IMG/VR virus record: IMGVR_UViG_3300023174_000074
Coordinates: 1 to 64,000 of that record
Reading direction: 5' to 3' (one strand)
Length of the DNA stretch: 64,000 bases
DNA from: a virus
Below the pieces are notes generated by a model that had not been told where the DNA came from, did no database searches, and saw only the letters and a program-made list of their open reading frames with translations. The position numbers and the translations under genes were made by a program. Positions within the stretch are counted from its first letter, which is position 1. Every line of letters starts with the position of its first letter. Below, in pieces: positions 10,108-20,850 of the stretch.

Positions 10108-11088
10108 ATGAATCGTAACATTTTCATGCCCAGAGTGAATATTCTTCCCTATGAATATCCATCTCTTTTGGCATACAAAGACGCAATCCGCCACTCATAT
10201 TGGATTGACACAGAATTTAACTTTACCACAGATATTGATGATTTTAAAACTAAAATATCAGATCAGGAGCGTGAAGTTATAAAAAGATCAATGCTTGCGA
10301 TTGCTCAGATAGAGGTAAACGTTAAGACCTTTTGGGCTGATCTTTATAAGAGAATGCCAATAACTGAAATTGGCGATGTTGGTATGACCTTTGCTGAATC
10401 TGAAGTAAGACACAAAGACGCATACGCTAGATTAATTCGAATACTTGGTCTGGAAGAGGAATTTATGCATGTTGTTGAAATTCCTGCAATTAAAGACAGA
10501 ATAGCTTACCTAACTAAATATTTAGACGGTACAAGAAGTAAGGACAATAAAATGTATACTAAATCCGTTCTTTTATTTTCTTTATTCATAGAACACGTTA
10601 GCTTATTTAGTCAATTTTTGATTATGATGTCTTTCAATAAAGAAAAAAATCTTTTTAAGGGAATTTCAAATGTCGTTGAAGCTACTTCAAAAGAAGAAGA
10701 AATACACGGTAATTTTGGTTCAGAACTTATTAACATTATTAAAGAGGAAAATCCTGAATGGTTCGATAAAGAATTCGAACAATTGATCGATTCAGCTTGC
10801 AAAAAAGCGTATATTGCTGAATGTAAAATACTAGACTGGATCTTTGAACAAGGTGAACTAAGTTTCTTAACAAAAAATACTATTAAGAGTTTTATACAAA
10901 ATAGATTTAATAATTCTCTACAACGAATTGGCATGAAACCAGTTTTTGAAGTGGATTTTGCTGAAATAGAAAAAACTTTATGGTTCGATATTGAGATACT
11001 TTCAACTAAGGAGGGGGACTTTTTTTACAAGAAGCAAATCGAGTATTTTAAGAAAGGTAAGTCAATAACTGAAGATGATTTATTTTAA
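10108..11088 (+). CDS. nrdB: class I ribonucleotide reductase small subunit
   Basis: PYEYP, ExxH twice (EVRH, EEIH), DFF...Y C-terminus. Confidence 0.92.
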   Translation: MNRNIFMPRVNILPYEYPSLLAYKDAIRHSYWIDTEFNFTTDIDDFKTKISDQEREVIKRSMLAIAQIEVNVKTFWADLYKRMPITEIGDVGMTFAESEVRHKDAYARLIRILGLEEEFMHVVEIPAIKDRIAYLTKYLDGTRSKDNKMYTKSVLLFSLFIEHVSLFSQFLIMMSFNKEKNLFKGISNVVEATSKEEEIHGNFGSELINIIKEENPEWFDKEFEQLIDSACKKAYIAECKILDWIFEQGELSFLTKNTIKSFIQNRFNNSLQRIGMKPVFEVDFAEIEKTLWFDIEILSTKEGDFFYKKQIEYFKKGKSITEDDLF

Positions 11089-11326
11089 GGACGAAATGGA
11101 CGAAATCAATAGCCAGGATTTCGTACTAGGCGAATACCTATATATGGGAATGGCTAAATGTTCAAACGCAACAGTCGTAATTTCTATAGGATATAAAATA
11201 GATTATTGCTACAAGAAGGCAATGGAATTTCAAGCTTTAAATGAAAATATTGTTTTTTATAAAATTAATAAAGTTAAGGTTGGGAAATTAAAAAAATGTA
11301 AAGAATTTTTAATTGATAAAAAATAA
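11075..11326 (+). CDS. hypothetical protein
   Basis: ORF between nrdB and nrdA. Confidence 0.5.
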   Translation: MIYFKDEMDEINSQDFVLGEYLYMGMAKCSNATVVISIGYKIDYCYKKAMEFQALNENIVFYKINKVKVGKLKKCKEFLIDKK

Positions 11327-11341
11327 AAAAAATAAAAATAA

Positions 11342-12409
11342 ATGAGTTACGAAAAAAATTACTGGCTAAATGAAGACAGTAGAACATTTTTATCCAGAGG
11401 ATATATTACTGAATCACCAGAACAACGGATTAAAGATGTAGCAAACACCGCAGAAAAGTATCTAAAAATTGAAGGGTTTGCAAAAAAGTTTGAAGACTAT
11501 ATGACTAGAGGATTCTATAGTTTATCAACTCCTGTTTGGATTAACTTCGGTAAAGACAAAGGACTTCCTGTTAGTTGTTACGGTAGTAATGTTGATGATA
11601 CTTTAGATAGTATCTTAAATGGAAGCAGAGAAGTTGGAATGATGTCAAAATACGGAGGTGGAACTTCTGCATTTTTAGGAAACATCAGAGCAAGGGGTAC
11701 TGCAATTTCAACAGGTGGAAGTGCAGATGGGCCAGTTCACTATGCTAGATTATATGATACTACAGTTGATGTTTGTAAACAATCAGAGGCAAGAAGAGGA
11801 GCATGTGCAGTGTGGTTACCTGTTGAGCATAATGACATTTTAGAATTCTTAGATATTGGAACAGAAGGTAATCCCATTCAGAATTTACAATATGGGGTTA
11901 CTGTTACCGATAAATGGTTAGATGAAATGAAGGGTGGAGACTCAGATAAAAGAAAAATATGGGCTAAAATAATACAAAGACGTAGTGAATTTGGATTTCC
12001 GTATATCATGTTTAAGGACTCGTCAAATAGTAATTCACCATACAAAGAATTAGGACTTGAAATTACTGCAAGTAATTTATGTGTTGCTCCTTGGACTGAA
12101 GTAGATGTTAAAGTAGATGGAATTAAAAAAACAATGCCAATAATCATGTTAGATTGTTTATTTCAATATAACATGTATAAAACACTTGAAGTTAAATCAT
12201 TCAATACTAAAACATCTGAGGCTGAATATAAAAGAGTATTAGATAGTGCTATGACATCTAGCAAAGCTAAAGTTATGAAAATAACTGACGAGAATACTGG
12301 AAAGTCAATAACATGTACGCCTGATCATAAAGTGTATACAAGCAATAGAGGATATGTTATGGCTAAAGATTTAAAGGAAGATGATGAATTAGTTATAAAA
12401 AGTTCCTAA
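11342..12409 (+). CDS. nrdA: class I RNR large subunit N-fragment (no ATP cone) plus split intein N-half (12080-12409)
   Basis: STP..N, SC, GGG, RRGA, GFPY, SNL|CVAP; intein block B CTPDHKVYT. Confidence 0.92.
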   Translation: MSYEKNYWLNEDSRTFLSRGYITESPEQRIKDVANTAEKYLKIEGFAKKFEDYMTRGFYSLSTPVWINFGKDKGLPVSCYGSNVDDTLDSILNGSREVGMMSKYGGGTSAFLGNIRARGTAISTGGSADGPVHYARLYDTTVDVCKQSEARRGACAVWLPVEHNDILEFLDIGTEGNPIQNLQYGVTVTDKWLDEMKGGDSDKRKIWAKIIQRRSEFGFPYIMFKDSSNSNSPYKELGLEITASNLCVAPWTEVDVKVDGIKKTMPIIMLDCLFQYNMYKTLEVKSFNTKTSEAEYKRVLDSAMTSSKAKVMKITDENTGKSITCTPDHKVYTSNRGYVMAKDLKEDDELVIKSS

Positions 12410-12478
12410 AGTTTTATGTTCTGAGATAAAGTTACTAAATTATTTAGATATATAATTAAATAAAAATAACTTTATCTT

Positions 12479-13426
12479 ATGGACTATGAAAAAATATATA
12501 AGAATTTATGTACTTTGTGCCAAACAAAAAATATTAAAGAACGAATATCCAATAGAAATTTGAACGATAAACGCTTAAATGAAGATTACATCTATACTGA
12601 AAAACACCATATTATACCAAGACATGCCGGAGGAAATGATAATGTTCTAAATTTGGCTGAAATGCTACCGGAGGAACATTATATGGCACATTTATTAAGA
12701 TATAAAGCGTATAATGATAGAAATGATTTTTTAGCTATTAGATTTATGGTTAATGGCTATATTAATAAAAAAATATTAGCGGATAAGATCGATCTAAAAT
12801 TAAAAAATAAATTAGCTGCATCATTCAAACAAAATATTGCAATGTTTAGGAAAAACAATTCATGGCATAGCACTGAAGGTATTAAAAATATATCAGAAGC
12901 AAGAAAGGGTACTATGGTAGTTAAAGATAGTATAGAAAATAAAATCATAGGTTCAGTAGATATAAATCACCCTAATATCATATCAGGAAAATGGGTACAT
13001 CATACTAAAGGAAAAATATCGGTAATTTGTAAAAAAACAGGAATTAAAAAAAATATAACAGCTAAGGAATATGAAGATAATAAAGATAATTATGCCTACA
13101 ATGGAGGAAAGGTTAATGGTAAAAATAATCCAAGATTTAGCGGATTTTCCGACGAAGATTTAATTAAAATAGTGTCTGATTTTTCAATTAAAATGGATAT
13201 AGGATTTTTACTTCCATACCGTACTGTAGCAAATCATTATAGAAAATATGAAAAATATGAAAAACTACCAAAATCATTTAGTTCATTTAGATTCAATGGA
13301 TTGGGCGTTGTAGAATTACATAGACTAGCATCAGAAAAAACAGGATTAGAACTTAATATCTATTACTATAATGATCCAAAAATTAAAAACAAAATTAAAA
13401 ACAAAATTAAAAACATATTATGTTAA
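12479..13426 (+). CDS. MobE-like HNH homing endonuclease
   Basis: MDYEKIY...EKHHIIPRHAGGND...NL...EEHYMAHLL. Confidence 0.88.
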   Translation: MDYEKIYKNLCTLCQTKNIKERISNRNLNDKRLNEDYIYTEKHHIIPRHAGGNDNVLNLAEMLPEEHYMAHLLRYKAYNDRNDFLAIRFMVNGYINKKILADKIDLKLKNKLAASFKQNIAMFRKNNSWHSTEGIKNISEARKGTMVVKDSIENKIIGSVDINHPNIISGKWVHHTKGKISVICKKTGIKKNITAKEYEDNKDNYAYNGGKVNGKNNPRFSGFSDEDLIKIVSDFSIKMDIGFLLPYRTVANHYRKYEKYEKLPKSFSSFRFNGLGVVELHRLASEKTGLELNIYYYNDPKIKNKIKNKIKNILC

Positions 13427-14406
13427 AAATAGAATATTTAGAAGAAGAAATACCAGTATACGATATTACTGTTGAAGATAATCATAACTTTTATGCTGAT
13501 GATATTTTAGTGCATAACTGTTCAGAAATTCAATTACCTACGGATTCATTCAATTCCTTTGTGTGCTGTTTAGGTTCTATTAATCTACTGCACTGGGATG
13601 AAATTAAGGAAACCGATGCAATTGAAATTTATACGATGTTCTTAAATGCAGTTATGGACGAATTCATAAACAAGTCATTTAATATGCCCGGGATGAAAAG
13701 AGCATGGAGATTTGCAAATGATCATAGAGCGTTAGGACTTGGAGTACTAGGATATCATTCATTGTTTCAATCTAAACTAATCTCATTCGATTCTCTTAGA
13801 GCAAAGCAGTTAAACCACGAAATATTTTCAATATTAAAAGAAAAAAGTGAAGCGGCTTCAAGATTATTGCATGATGAGAAAGGTTACAAATCAATCAGAC
13901 CCGGATATGCTAATACAACGCTTATCGCAATTGCTCCAACAAAGAGTAGTTCATTCATTCTAGGACAGGTAAGTATGGGAATTGAACCGATTAAATCTAA
14001 TTATTTTATTAAGGATTTGGCGAAATCAAAAACAATTTATAAAAATCCTTTTTTAATCCAAGAGTTAGATAAGTATGACTTAAATACTCCGGAAGTCTGG
14101 GAGAGTATTTTAAAGAGAGATGGATCAGTTCAACATTTGGACTTTCCAACAAAGGGAGTTTTTAAATCATTTATTGAAATTTCTCCAAAGGAGATAATTT
14201 TACAGGCTGCTCAAAGACAAAAGCATATCGATCAGTCACAGTCTCTTAACCTAATGATACACCCTTCAGTGTCAGCAAAAGATATTAATCAATTATATCT
14301 CTATGCGCATGAGGAGGGGATTAAAACACTATATTACCAATTTAGTCAAAGCTCTGCCCAATCTTTTGCTAGGAATATATTGGAATGCTCTAGCTGTGAG
14401 GCTTAA
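13420..14406 (+). CDS. nrdA: split intein C-half (13420-13518) plus RNR large subunit C-fragment
   Basis: VYDITV...NF...LVHN|CSEI; CCLGSINL, RALGLG, APT..SS, DQSQSLN, KTLYY, C-terminal CxxC. Confidence 0.92.
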   Translation: MLKIEYLEEEIPVYDITVEDNHNFYADDILVHNCSEIQLPTDSFNSFVCCLGSINLLHWDEIKETDAIEIYTMFLNAVMDEFINKSFNMPGMKRAWRFANDHRALGLGVLGYHSLFQSKLISFDSLRAKQLNHEIFSILKEKSEAASRLLHDEKGYKSIRPGYANTTLIAIAPTKSSSFILGQVSMGIEPIKSNYFIKDLAKSKTIYKNPFLIQELDKYDLNTPEVWESILKRDGSVQHLDFPTKGVFKSFIEISPKEIILQAAQRQKHIDQSQSLNLMIHPSVSAKDINQLYLYAHEEGIKTLYYQFSQSSAQSFARNILECSSCEA

Positions 14407-14420
14407 AAAATATTACAGAA

Positions 14421-15047
14421 ATGGAAAGAATAAAAAATTTTCAGGATTTTGCTTTAAACGAAAGAGAACTTCCTGATAATCAAGGTAAAATACTGGTTAT
14501 TTTGGGATCACCTGGATCTGGTAAAGGTACATTATCGAAGGAATTGAAAAAAAAATATGATTTTATCCACTTATCAACTGGAGATCTTATAAGAAATTCA
14601 GAAGACGAGGATATTAAAAAAATCATAGATGCTGGTAATTTTTTACCTGACAATATGATGATAAAAATGCTCAGAAAAGAGTTAAGAAAAGTTGATCCTA
14701 GTTCTAATGTTATCCTGGATGGATTTCCTAGAACAATAAAGCAAGCTAAAAGATTAGATTCTCTTTTAGGTAGAATGGGATTAGGTTTAAATCATGCGAT
14801 TTATTTAGACCTCCCCGATAAGGTTGCTAAAGAGAGAATAAAAAGCAGAGCCAAAGAGGAGAACAGAAAGGATGATGCTAGTGAAGAAATTGTAGAGAAA
14901 AGGTTTAAAGAATACCACGAGAAAACATTTCCTCTTTTAGACTTCTATCAAAAAAGTCGTAAGCTTATAAAAATAGAGGCTAACGAGGGTAAGGATAAAG
15001 TTTTAAAACAAGTCAGAGAAAGACTTGGCTTAAAATCCAAAAAGTAA
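14421..15047 (+). CDS. adk: adenylate kinase
   Basis: GSPGSGKGT, HLSTGDLIR, ILDGFPRT, RKDD. Confidence 0.9.
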   Translation: MERIKNFQDFALNERELPDNQGKILVILGSPGSGKGTLSKELKKKYDFIHLSTGDLIRNSEDEDIKKIIDAGNFLPDNMMIKMLRKELRKVDPSSNVILDGFPRTIKQAKRLDSLLGRMGLGLNHAIYLDLPDKVAKERIKSRAKEENRKDDASEEIVEKRFKEYHEKTFPLLDFYQKSRKLIKIEANEGKDKVLKQVRERLGLKSKK

Positions 15048-15057
15048 AATTTAGATC

Positions 15058-15708
15058 ATGTCAGAAAGCATAGCTGGGAATTTTGTGAGGTCTCTAAAAG
15101 AGAAGCTTTCAGAAGAAAAAAATCAAATACAAAGGAAAAGAATCCTATTACAGGATTCTTTTGATATCATTCTCGAAGTGTTTAGAACACATTCGGATCT
15201 CGAGATAAGAACTATTAGGGATTTTGAAACTTCAGAGATATCTTTTTTTGTTGACGTTTACTCACCGTCGGATCAATACGAATCTATAAAAATTGCATTA
15301 GAAAAATCTGGCATTCTAATAAATTCAACAATGCTTGGTGAATATAAGTGCCTGTTTATTGTAGATCTTGAAAATAGATTGATAGCATCAGGGAATCCGC
15401 ATAACATATTCTCTATTGAAATTTTCTCAAAAAGGCTTAGAACTTTTAAGCTTAAAATATCACACTGTGATCCTAATTTTACATATTCTGTTTTTGAAAA
15501 AAATTACCATGAAATAAAATACTGGTATTATGAGAATTGCTCAATAGAGGTTAAATCGATAAGACTTAAGGATTTTGATAGGGATAAGGAAAAAATTAAT
15601 ATATCTGATGATGAAACCAATCATGAGATAGAAATGACATTCAATGAAATAGGTGAGCTAAATAATTTTAATTTATTTCAGAAAAAGGGGAGAAAAAACA
15701 AGAAATAG
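15058..15708 (+). CDS. hypothetical protein
   Basis: 216-aa ORF in operon. Confidence 0.6.
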   Translation: MSESIAGNFVRSLKEKLSEEKNQIQRKRILLQDSFDIILEVFRTHSDLEIRTIRDFETSEISFFVDVYSPSDQYESIKIALEKSGILINSTMLGEYKCLFIVDLENRLIASGNPHNIFSIEIFSKRLRTFKLKISHCDPNFTYSVFEKNYHEIKYWYYENCSIEVKSIRLKDFDRDKEKINISDDETNHEIEMTFNEIGELNNFNLFQKKGRKNKK

Positions 15709-15735
15709 ATCTATAATAATTAAAATATACAACCA

Positions 15736-17001
15736 ATGAATAAATCTAAGAAAAAGGCAGTCCCCATGGGGAAAATAAACCCCATAACTGCATCAATGTC
15801 AAAACCACCATCTAACAGACAAGAGATAACTCTATGCTTGGTTATGATTGTAAAAGATGAGGAAGACACAATAGCCAAATGTTTAAAAGCTGTTGCACCA
15901 TATATTTCATACTGGGTTATAGTTGACACCGGATCAAAGGATAATACTCTAAATGTCATCAGAGAAACGATGGCTGAACTTAATATAGAAGGTGAACTTC
16001 ACGAGAGACCTTGGGTTAACTTCGAAGTTAACAGAACGGAAAGTTTAGAATTAGCAAAAGGCCGATGCGATTATAGATGGATTATAGATGCGGATGATAC
16101 ATTCTACCCGGAATTTCCCGGGACAAATCCATTTGCGGGATTAAATAAAGAGCCGGATGGGTATCAAATCCTTTACAGATTAAACGCTTTACAGTATCAC
16201 AGGGTTCAGATAGTTAAATCTGATCAGGACTGGGTTTATAAAGGTGTTCTGCATGAATATCTGCATTTGGATAAACCGAATATAATACAAGATATAGTAC
16301 CAAACTCTTTTGTTATTGCCGACATCTCACCACTAAAAAGAGCTAACTCATTACAGGAAAAATATGCTAATGACGCTGAAATTCTTGAGAAGGCACTAGT
16401 GGATGAACCAGGTAACACCAGGTATATGTTCTATTTAGCTCAAAGTTATAGGGATTCCGAACAACATGATAAAGCTATCGAAGCCTACGAAAAAAGAATC
16501 AACATGGGGGAATGGCCAGAGGAGGTTTATTACTCTATGTACATGATCGCTAAAATCAAAGAGAAAATCGGAGCATCTAACGAGGAAGTTACCGAGTGCT
16601 ATTCTAGAGCTTGGGAATACCGTCCGGAAAGGCTAGAAGCGGTTTTCCATACGATGAGAAAACTTAGGGATCAAAAAAGATTCTTAATAGCATTTGCATA
16701 CGGAGACGTTGCTATAAAAACTAGGGGAACCGGTGATATCCTATTTGTAGAGCCGGAAATTTGGCAGTGGAGACTTTTAGATGAATATTCATTATGTGCT
16801 TATTATATAGGAAACCCTGATCTATCGATGGAAAAAACATCAGCAATCATAAATGCACCATTCTTTAATTCATTACCTGAAGAGGAGAAGGTAAGATTAA
16901 AGAAGAATATGGATTTTTATAAAAAGGGATCAGATGAGAAAATGAAGAAAATCCAGCAAATGCAAGCAGCTGAAAAAGCTCAGAAAATGCAAAAAAGATA
17001 A
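15736..17001 (+). CDS. GT2 glycosyltransferase with TPR repeats
   Basis: LVMIVKDE, VDTGSKD, IDADD, GVLHE; TPR-like FYLAQSY. Confidence 0.88.
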   Translation: MNKSKKKAVPMGKINPITASMSKPPSNRQEITLCLVMIVKDEEDTIAKCLKAVAPYISYWVIVDTGSKDNTLNVIRETMAELNIEGELHERPWVNFEVNRTESLELAKGRCDYRWIIDADDTFYPEFPGTNPFAGLNKEPDGYQILYRLNALQYHRVQIVKSDQDWVYKGVLHEYLHLDKPNIIQDIVPNSFVIADISPLKRANSLQEKYANDAEILEKALVDEPGNTRYMFYLAQSYRDSEQHDKAIEAYEKRINMGEWPEEVYYSMYMIAKIKEKIGASNEEVTECYSRAWEYRPERLEAVFHTMRKLRDQKRFLIAFAYGDVAIKTRGTGDILFVEPEIWQWRLLDEYSLCAYYIGNPDLSMEKTSAIINAPFFNSLPEEEKVRLKKNMDFYKKGSDEKMKKIQQMQAAEKAQKMQKR

Positions 17002-17028
17002 GATATATATAGAAAAAATATTAAATTA

Positions 17029-17565
17029 ATGAAGCATTTACTAGAATACGAATCGTACGAAAATCAGATAAACGAAGGCGCTATCCCTGTTTATGACGAG
17101 GTTGAATTTTTTAAAGATACCAAATCTAAGCCAGAAATGGAGATTAGATTTACCCAAATCCCTGCTGTTGTCGAGGGTCTTTTAGATAAAGTTGAAACCG
17201 GCGAATACTCTTCAGTTACTGTTACTGCAGATTTACCGTCTCAGGGTAAAAACGCTCCGGAATACGTCAGAGACATAATGACAAAGGAGAGAGAAAGAAT
17301 GGCAAAAAGACAACAAGCTATTCACGGTAGCAGAATCGAAAGAGCTGATAGACCAGAAGGTGAAGAATATAGGGATGAAATCAACGTTTTTGTTGACTCT
17401 GAATATACAGTCGAAGGTGTTGTTAAAGAGGACGGAAAAGATTATTTAATATGTATACCAGCTTCTTTTGTAAAAAAGGTTAAAAGAGAGCCAAGTTTAA
17501 AAGACTACTATACTGTTAAGATAGCACCACAGCAAATTATCGAGATTTATTTCACTAGAGCTTAA
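17029..17565 (+). CDS. hypothetical protein with capsid-targeting-like N-terminus
   Basis: MKHLLEYESYENQINE; GATATATA at 17002. Confidence 0.65.
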   Translation: MKHLLEYESYENQINEGAIPVYDEVEFFKDTKSKPEMEIRFTQIPAVVEGLLDKVETGEYSSVTVTADLPSQGKNAPEYVRDIMTKERERMAKRQQAIHGSRIERADRPEGEEYRDEINVFVDSEYTVEGVVKEDGKDYLICIPASFVKKVKREPSLKDYYTVKIAPQQIIEIYFTRA

Positions 17566-17590
17566 TTACTTTATCGCTTTAAATATATTA

Positions 17591-17623
17591 AACCCCAGTA
17601 TTTTTCAAATATTGGGGTTTTTT
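17591..17623 (+). terminator. intrinsic terminator
   Basis: AACCCCAGTATTT...AAATATTGGGGTT plus T run. Confidence 0.8.
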
Positions 17624-17689
17624 GTTGAAACTTTGACCGATCCGGTCATATAACTTTGGCCGGATTAGCCGGACTTAATTATATAAAAT

Positions 17690-19420
17690 ATGAGTAAAGT
17701 TAATAAAACCATTGAAGTCCTTACAGATTTTGAACACATTATAAAAAGACCAACAATCTATGTTGGTAGTGTAAAAAGAAGCGAGGAGACACTTCCTATA
17801 ATTGAAGCAGGAATCATTAAAAGTGTCTTAAAAGAGCATTCAGTTGGAATGTATAAGTTGTTTGATGAAGTGTTTTCTAACTCAGTAGACGAAGCAAAAA
17901 GGATGTCTACGGCAATGAAGAAAATAATCGTCGATGTTGATATAAAGGAGAACTCAGTTTCTATTACAGATACTGGTGACGGATTTACCAACGGATCAGC
18001 AATAAACAAAAAGAGCGGGCTTAGCAATATCGAGACCGCTGTTTCAATGCTTAGAGCAGGATCAAATTTCGATAATGACTCAATTACGGAAACCCTTGTA
18101 GGAACTAATGGTATGGGTGTTAGCTTGGTTAATGCCTTATCTAATGTGTTTGAGATAGAAACTGCTAACTCGAAAGAGGTTTATTTGCAGACCTGGAAAA
18201 CTTTTAAGGCATCAGCTGCTAAGGTTACTTCAAAGGCAAAAAATAGACAAACAGGAACCCGTGTAACATTTACCCCCAACAACCAAGTTTTTGATAATTC
18301 CAAATGGGATTATCAGACAATAAAATCATATCTTTGTTTAAAGAAAAGAGTACTTGAGACCGAAGCTAAAACCGCAAACCTCAAGATAGATTTCACCTGG
18401 AACGGTAAAGCTGAAAACATAACAAGTTTACTTTCCCCTGATTGGACAGCAAAAACCCCTATTGGGGAAATTCTGATTTGGGAGAAGACCACAGAATCAG
18501 GATCATTCTCTTTTGTCAACAGTGCATTATGTACGGGTATCCATCAGAAGATAATCCTAGATAGAATCAATGGGCAACTGGAGGATTCTTTAGGTCACCA
18601 CTTCTATGACACTTTGATTATTCTAAATCTTTCTCCTGGTATAGTTCGATTCGGTGACCAGAATAAGACAAAGTTCGTTTCAAAGAGAGAAGAAGTGGAA
18701 CCAACAATTGCAAAACATTTTGATCCAATTTTAGGAAGATTCTTCAAGAGCGAAGTTTATAAGAACATCAAGAAGGCAGTTGATGCTAGAAAGAAAGAAA
18801 CAGAGTTAAAGAAGATTAGAAGGGATAAGAAATCAATTAGAATAAAACAATCGAATAAGTATTTTCCTTCAGCATCCTCCAGGCCAGAAACATTATTTAT
18901 TGTAGAAGGATTATGTATAGATGAAAATGAAAAAATAAATATATGGAGGGAAGGAAATCTTATAGAGACGACATTAAGAGATGTTATAATAGGCGATGAG
19001 GTGGTAACGCATGCTAATAGAATTAGAAAAATAGTAAATAAGCAGAGAAAATTAAAGGAATGTGTTTCTATTAAATTATCCGACGGTACTGTTATAAAAC
19101 AGCCTAAGACTCATCAATATTACACGTATAATAAAATCACAAAAGACTTCTCATTTAAAAGGATTGATCAAATTGACATTTCTCACGATTGCTTGGTTAA
19201 ATCCAATCTCGGCAGCTTTATAGGAACACTAGAGGTTGTTGATTTTGCTAAGTCAGGGGATGAAAAATATCCTAATATTATATTTCTAGAGGATAATTCT
19301 TGGTATCAATTCAGCGATACCCATAAATATTGTGTTTATGATATAAAAAGCTCTGGGTTTACTATGGAATTAGGTAAGGATATTTCAATTGGCAATCTTA
19401 TATGTGTTTTCGATTTTTAA
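17690..19420 (+). CDS. type IIA topoisomerase ATPase subunit (GyrB/gp39-like) N-fragment plus split intein N-half (18914-19420)
   Basis: EHIIKRPTIYVG, EVFSNSVDE, DTGDG, GTNGMG GHKL motifs; TOPRIM LFIVEGL|CIDE. Confidence 0.9.
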   Translation: MSKVNKTIEVLTDFEHIIKRPTIYVGSVKRSEETLPIIEAGIIKSVLKEHSVGMYKLFDEVFSNSVDEAKRMSTAMKKIIVDVDIKENSVSITDTGDGFTNGSAINKKSGLSNIETAVSMLRAGSNFDNDSITETLVGTNGMGVSLVNALSNVFEIETANSKEVYLQTWKTFKASAAKVTSKAKNRQTGTRVTFTPNNQVFDNSKWDYQTIKSYLCLKKRVLETEAKTANLKIDFTWNGKAENITSLLSPDWTAKTPIGEILIWEKTTESGSFSFVNSALCTGIHQKIILDRINGQLEDSLGHHFYDTLIILNLSPGIVRFGDQNKTKFVSKREEVEPTIAKHFDPILGRFFKSEVYKNIKKAVDARKKETELKKIRRDKKSIRIKQSNKYFPSASSRPETLFIVEGLCIDENEKINIWREGNLIETTLRDVIIGDEVVTHANRIRKIVNKQRKLKECVSIKLSDGTVIKQPKTHQYYTYNKITKDFSFKRIDQIDISHDCLVKSNLGSFIGTLEVVDFAKSGDEKYPNIIFLEDNSWYQFSDTHKYCVYDIKSSGFTMELGKDISIGNLICVFDF

Positions 19421-19455
19421 GATCGAGGGAGATATATAAAATAAAGCCTTCGACT

Positions 19456-20850
19456 ATGAAAAAAATAAAATATGAAGTTAAAATAGGTCAATTTATTACA
19501 GATTTTAAAATTTCCGATCTTAATGATTCGTACAATGATCAAAAGATTCTTAGATACATGAAAGCATCTCTAATGAAAAGCGGGATTAATTATAATGATT
19601 TAATTAAAGAAAATCTAAATATTGACGTTGGAAAATGCCCGTTCTGTGGATCCGATAGTAAATATGAGATTTCATATTTAATAGATAGGCCTAAAAAAGT
19701 ACTAGATATACTCGGTATAGAGTACATAGTAAAAGGTGGAATGATAAATTATCATTGTAAGAGCGGGAAAAATAATTGTTCAGGCAGCCGTCTAAATTCA
19801 AATTCTATAGAATATATTTCTAATGCTTTTAAGATAAGCAAAGAAAAAGCTAGAGCATATATTATTGACCGTAATAAATCCCCCTTTTATGCGAAAAATC
19901 ACGATAGCAAGGAAGATTACAAGAAATTTCAAACCCGAAATTTGGATTGGTATATCTCTAAATATGGAGATTATGAGGGTAGATCAAGATATCAGAATTT
20001 TAAGGATAAAGTATCCAACGGGAATACAAAGGAATCTATAATAGCAAACCACGGAATAGATTCTTATAATGATATGATTAGAAGAAAGAAGGTTTGTACA
20101 ATTGAGCATTTTATTTCTAAATATGGCGAAGAATTAGGAAAATCTAAATTTGATGAATACAAGAAGTCTTTAGGGCTAACAAGAGATAATTATATAAAAA
20201 AATTTGGAAAGGATTCTTGGGATAAAAGAGCAGAAATCATAAAATATAAGAAATCTCTAGAATTCTATATTCAGAAGCTTGGAGAAGAAGAGGGGCGTAA
20301 AGATTTCAGAACTTTAAGGGAATCCTATAGCTTTAATAAGGAGAAGTATATTGAGAAGTACGGAGAAGAAAAATGGATAGAAAGATATAAGAATTTTAAT
20401 CTAAATTTTTATAGTAAAGAGGCATCGGTTTTCCTTAATAAGCTATTGGGTATGCTTATAGATCTAGAATTGCCGTTGAACAATATTAAGATGGAAAAGG
20501 ATGAGTTTTTTCTATGGGATACCGAATACAGAAGGATTTATTTTTATGATTTGTATTTCGAATGCTTTTCTAAAAAGATAATTGTTGAATATGATAATGA
20601 GTTTTGGCATCCAAAAAACGAAAATGATACCAGTGCTTGGGATAAACTTAAAATTGATCATAAATTTACAAAATCAGAAAAGATAGAGTATGACGAAAGA
20701 AAGAGAATGTTTGCTAAGTATAAGGGATATGATATAATAAATATTTCATACTCAGGACAAAAAAACCCACTAAGAAAAAATAACGAGGAACTTTGGGAGC
20801 CCTTATTGATAGAAGTTTTAAACAAAATAAAAAATATTATAAGATGTTAA
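19456..20850 (+). CDS. Vsr-like homing endonuclease with KYG repeats
   Basis: Repeated I.KYG helices; YSKE..F, FYDLY...IIVEYDNEFWH; likely ATG 19456. Confidence 0.8.
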   Translation: MKKIKYEVKIGQFITDFKISDLNDSYNDQKILRYMKASLMKSGINYNDLIKENLNIDVGKCPFCGSDSKYEISYLIDRPKKVLDILGIEYIVKGGMINYHCKSGKNNCSGSRLNSNSIEYISNAFKISKEKARAYIIDRNKSPFYAKNHDSKEDYKKFQTRNLDWYISKYGDYEGRSRYQNFKDKVSNGNTKESIIANHGIDSYNDMIRRKKVCTIEHFISKYGEELGKSKFDEYKKSLGLTRDNYIKKFGKDSWDKRAEIIKYKKSLEFYIQKLGEEEGRKDFRTLRESYSFNKEKYIEKYGEEKWIERYKNFNLNFYSKEASVFLNKLLGMLIDLELPLNNIKMEKDEFFLWDTEYRRIYFYDLYFECFSKKIIVEYDNEFWHPKNENDTSAWDKLKIDHKFTKSEKIEYDERKRMFAKYKGYDIINISYSGQKNPLRKNNEELWEPLLIEVLNKIKNIIRC

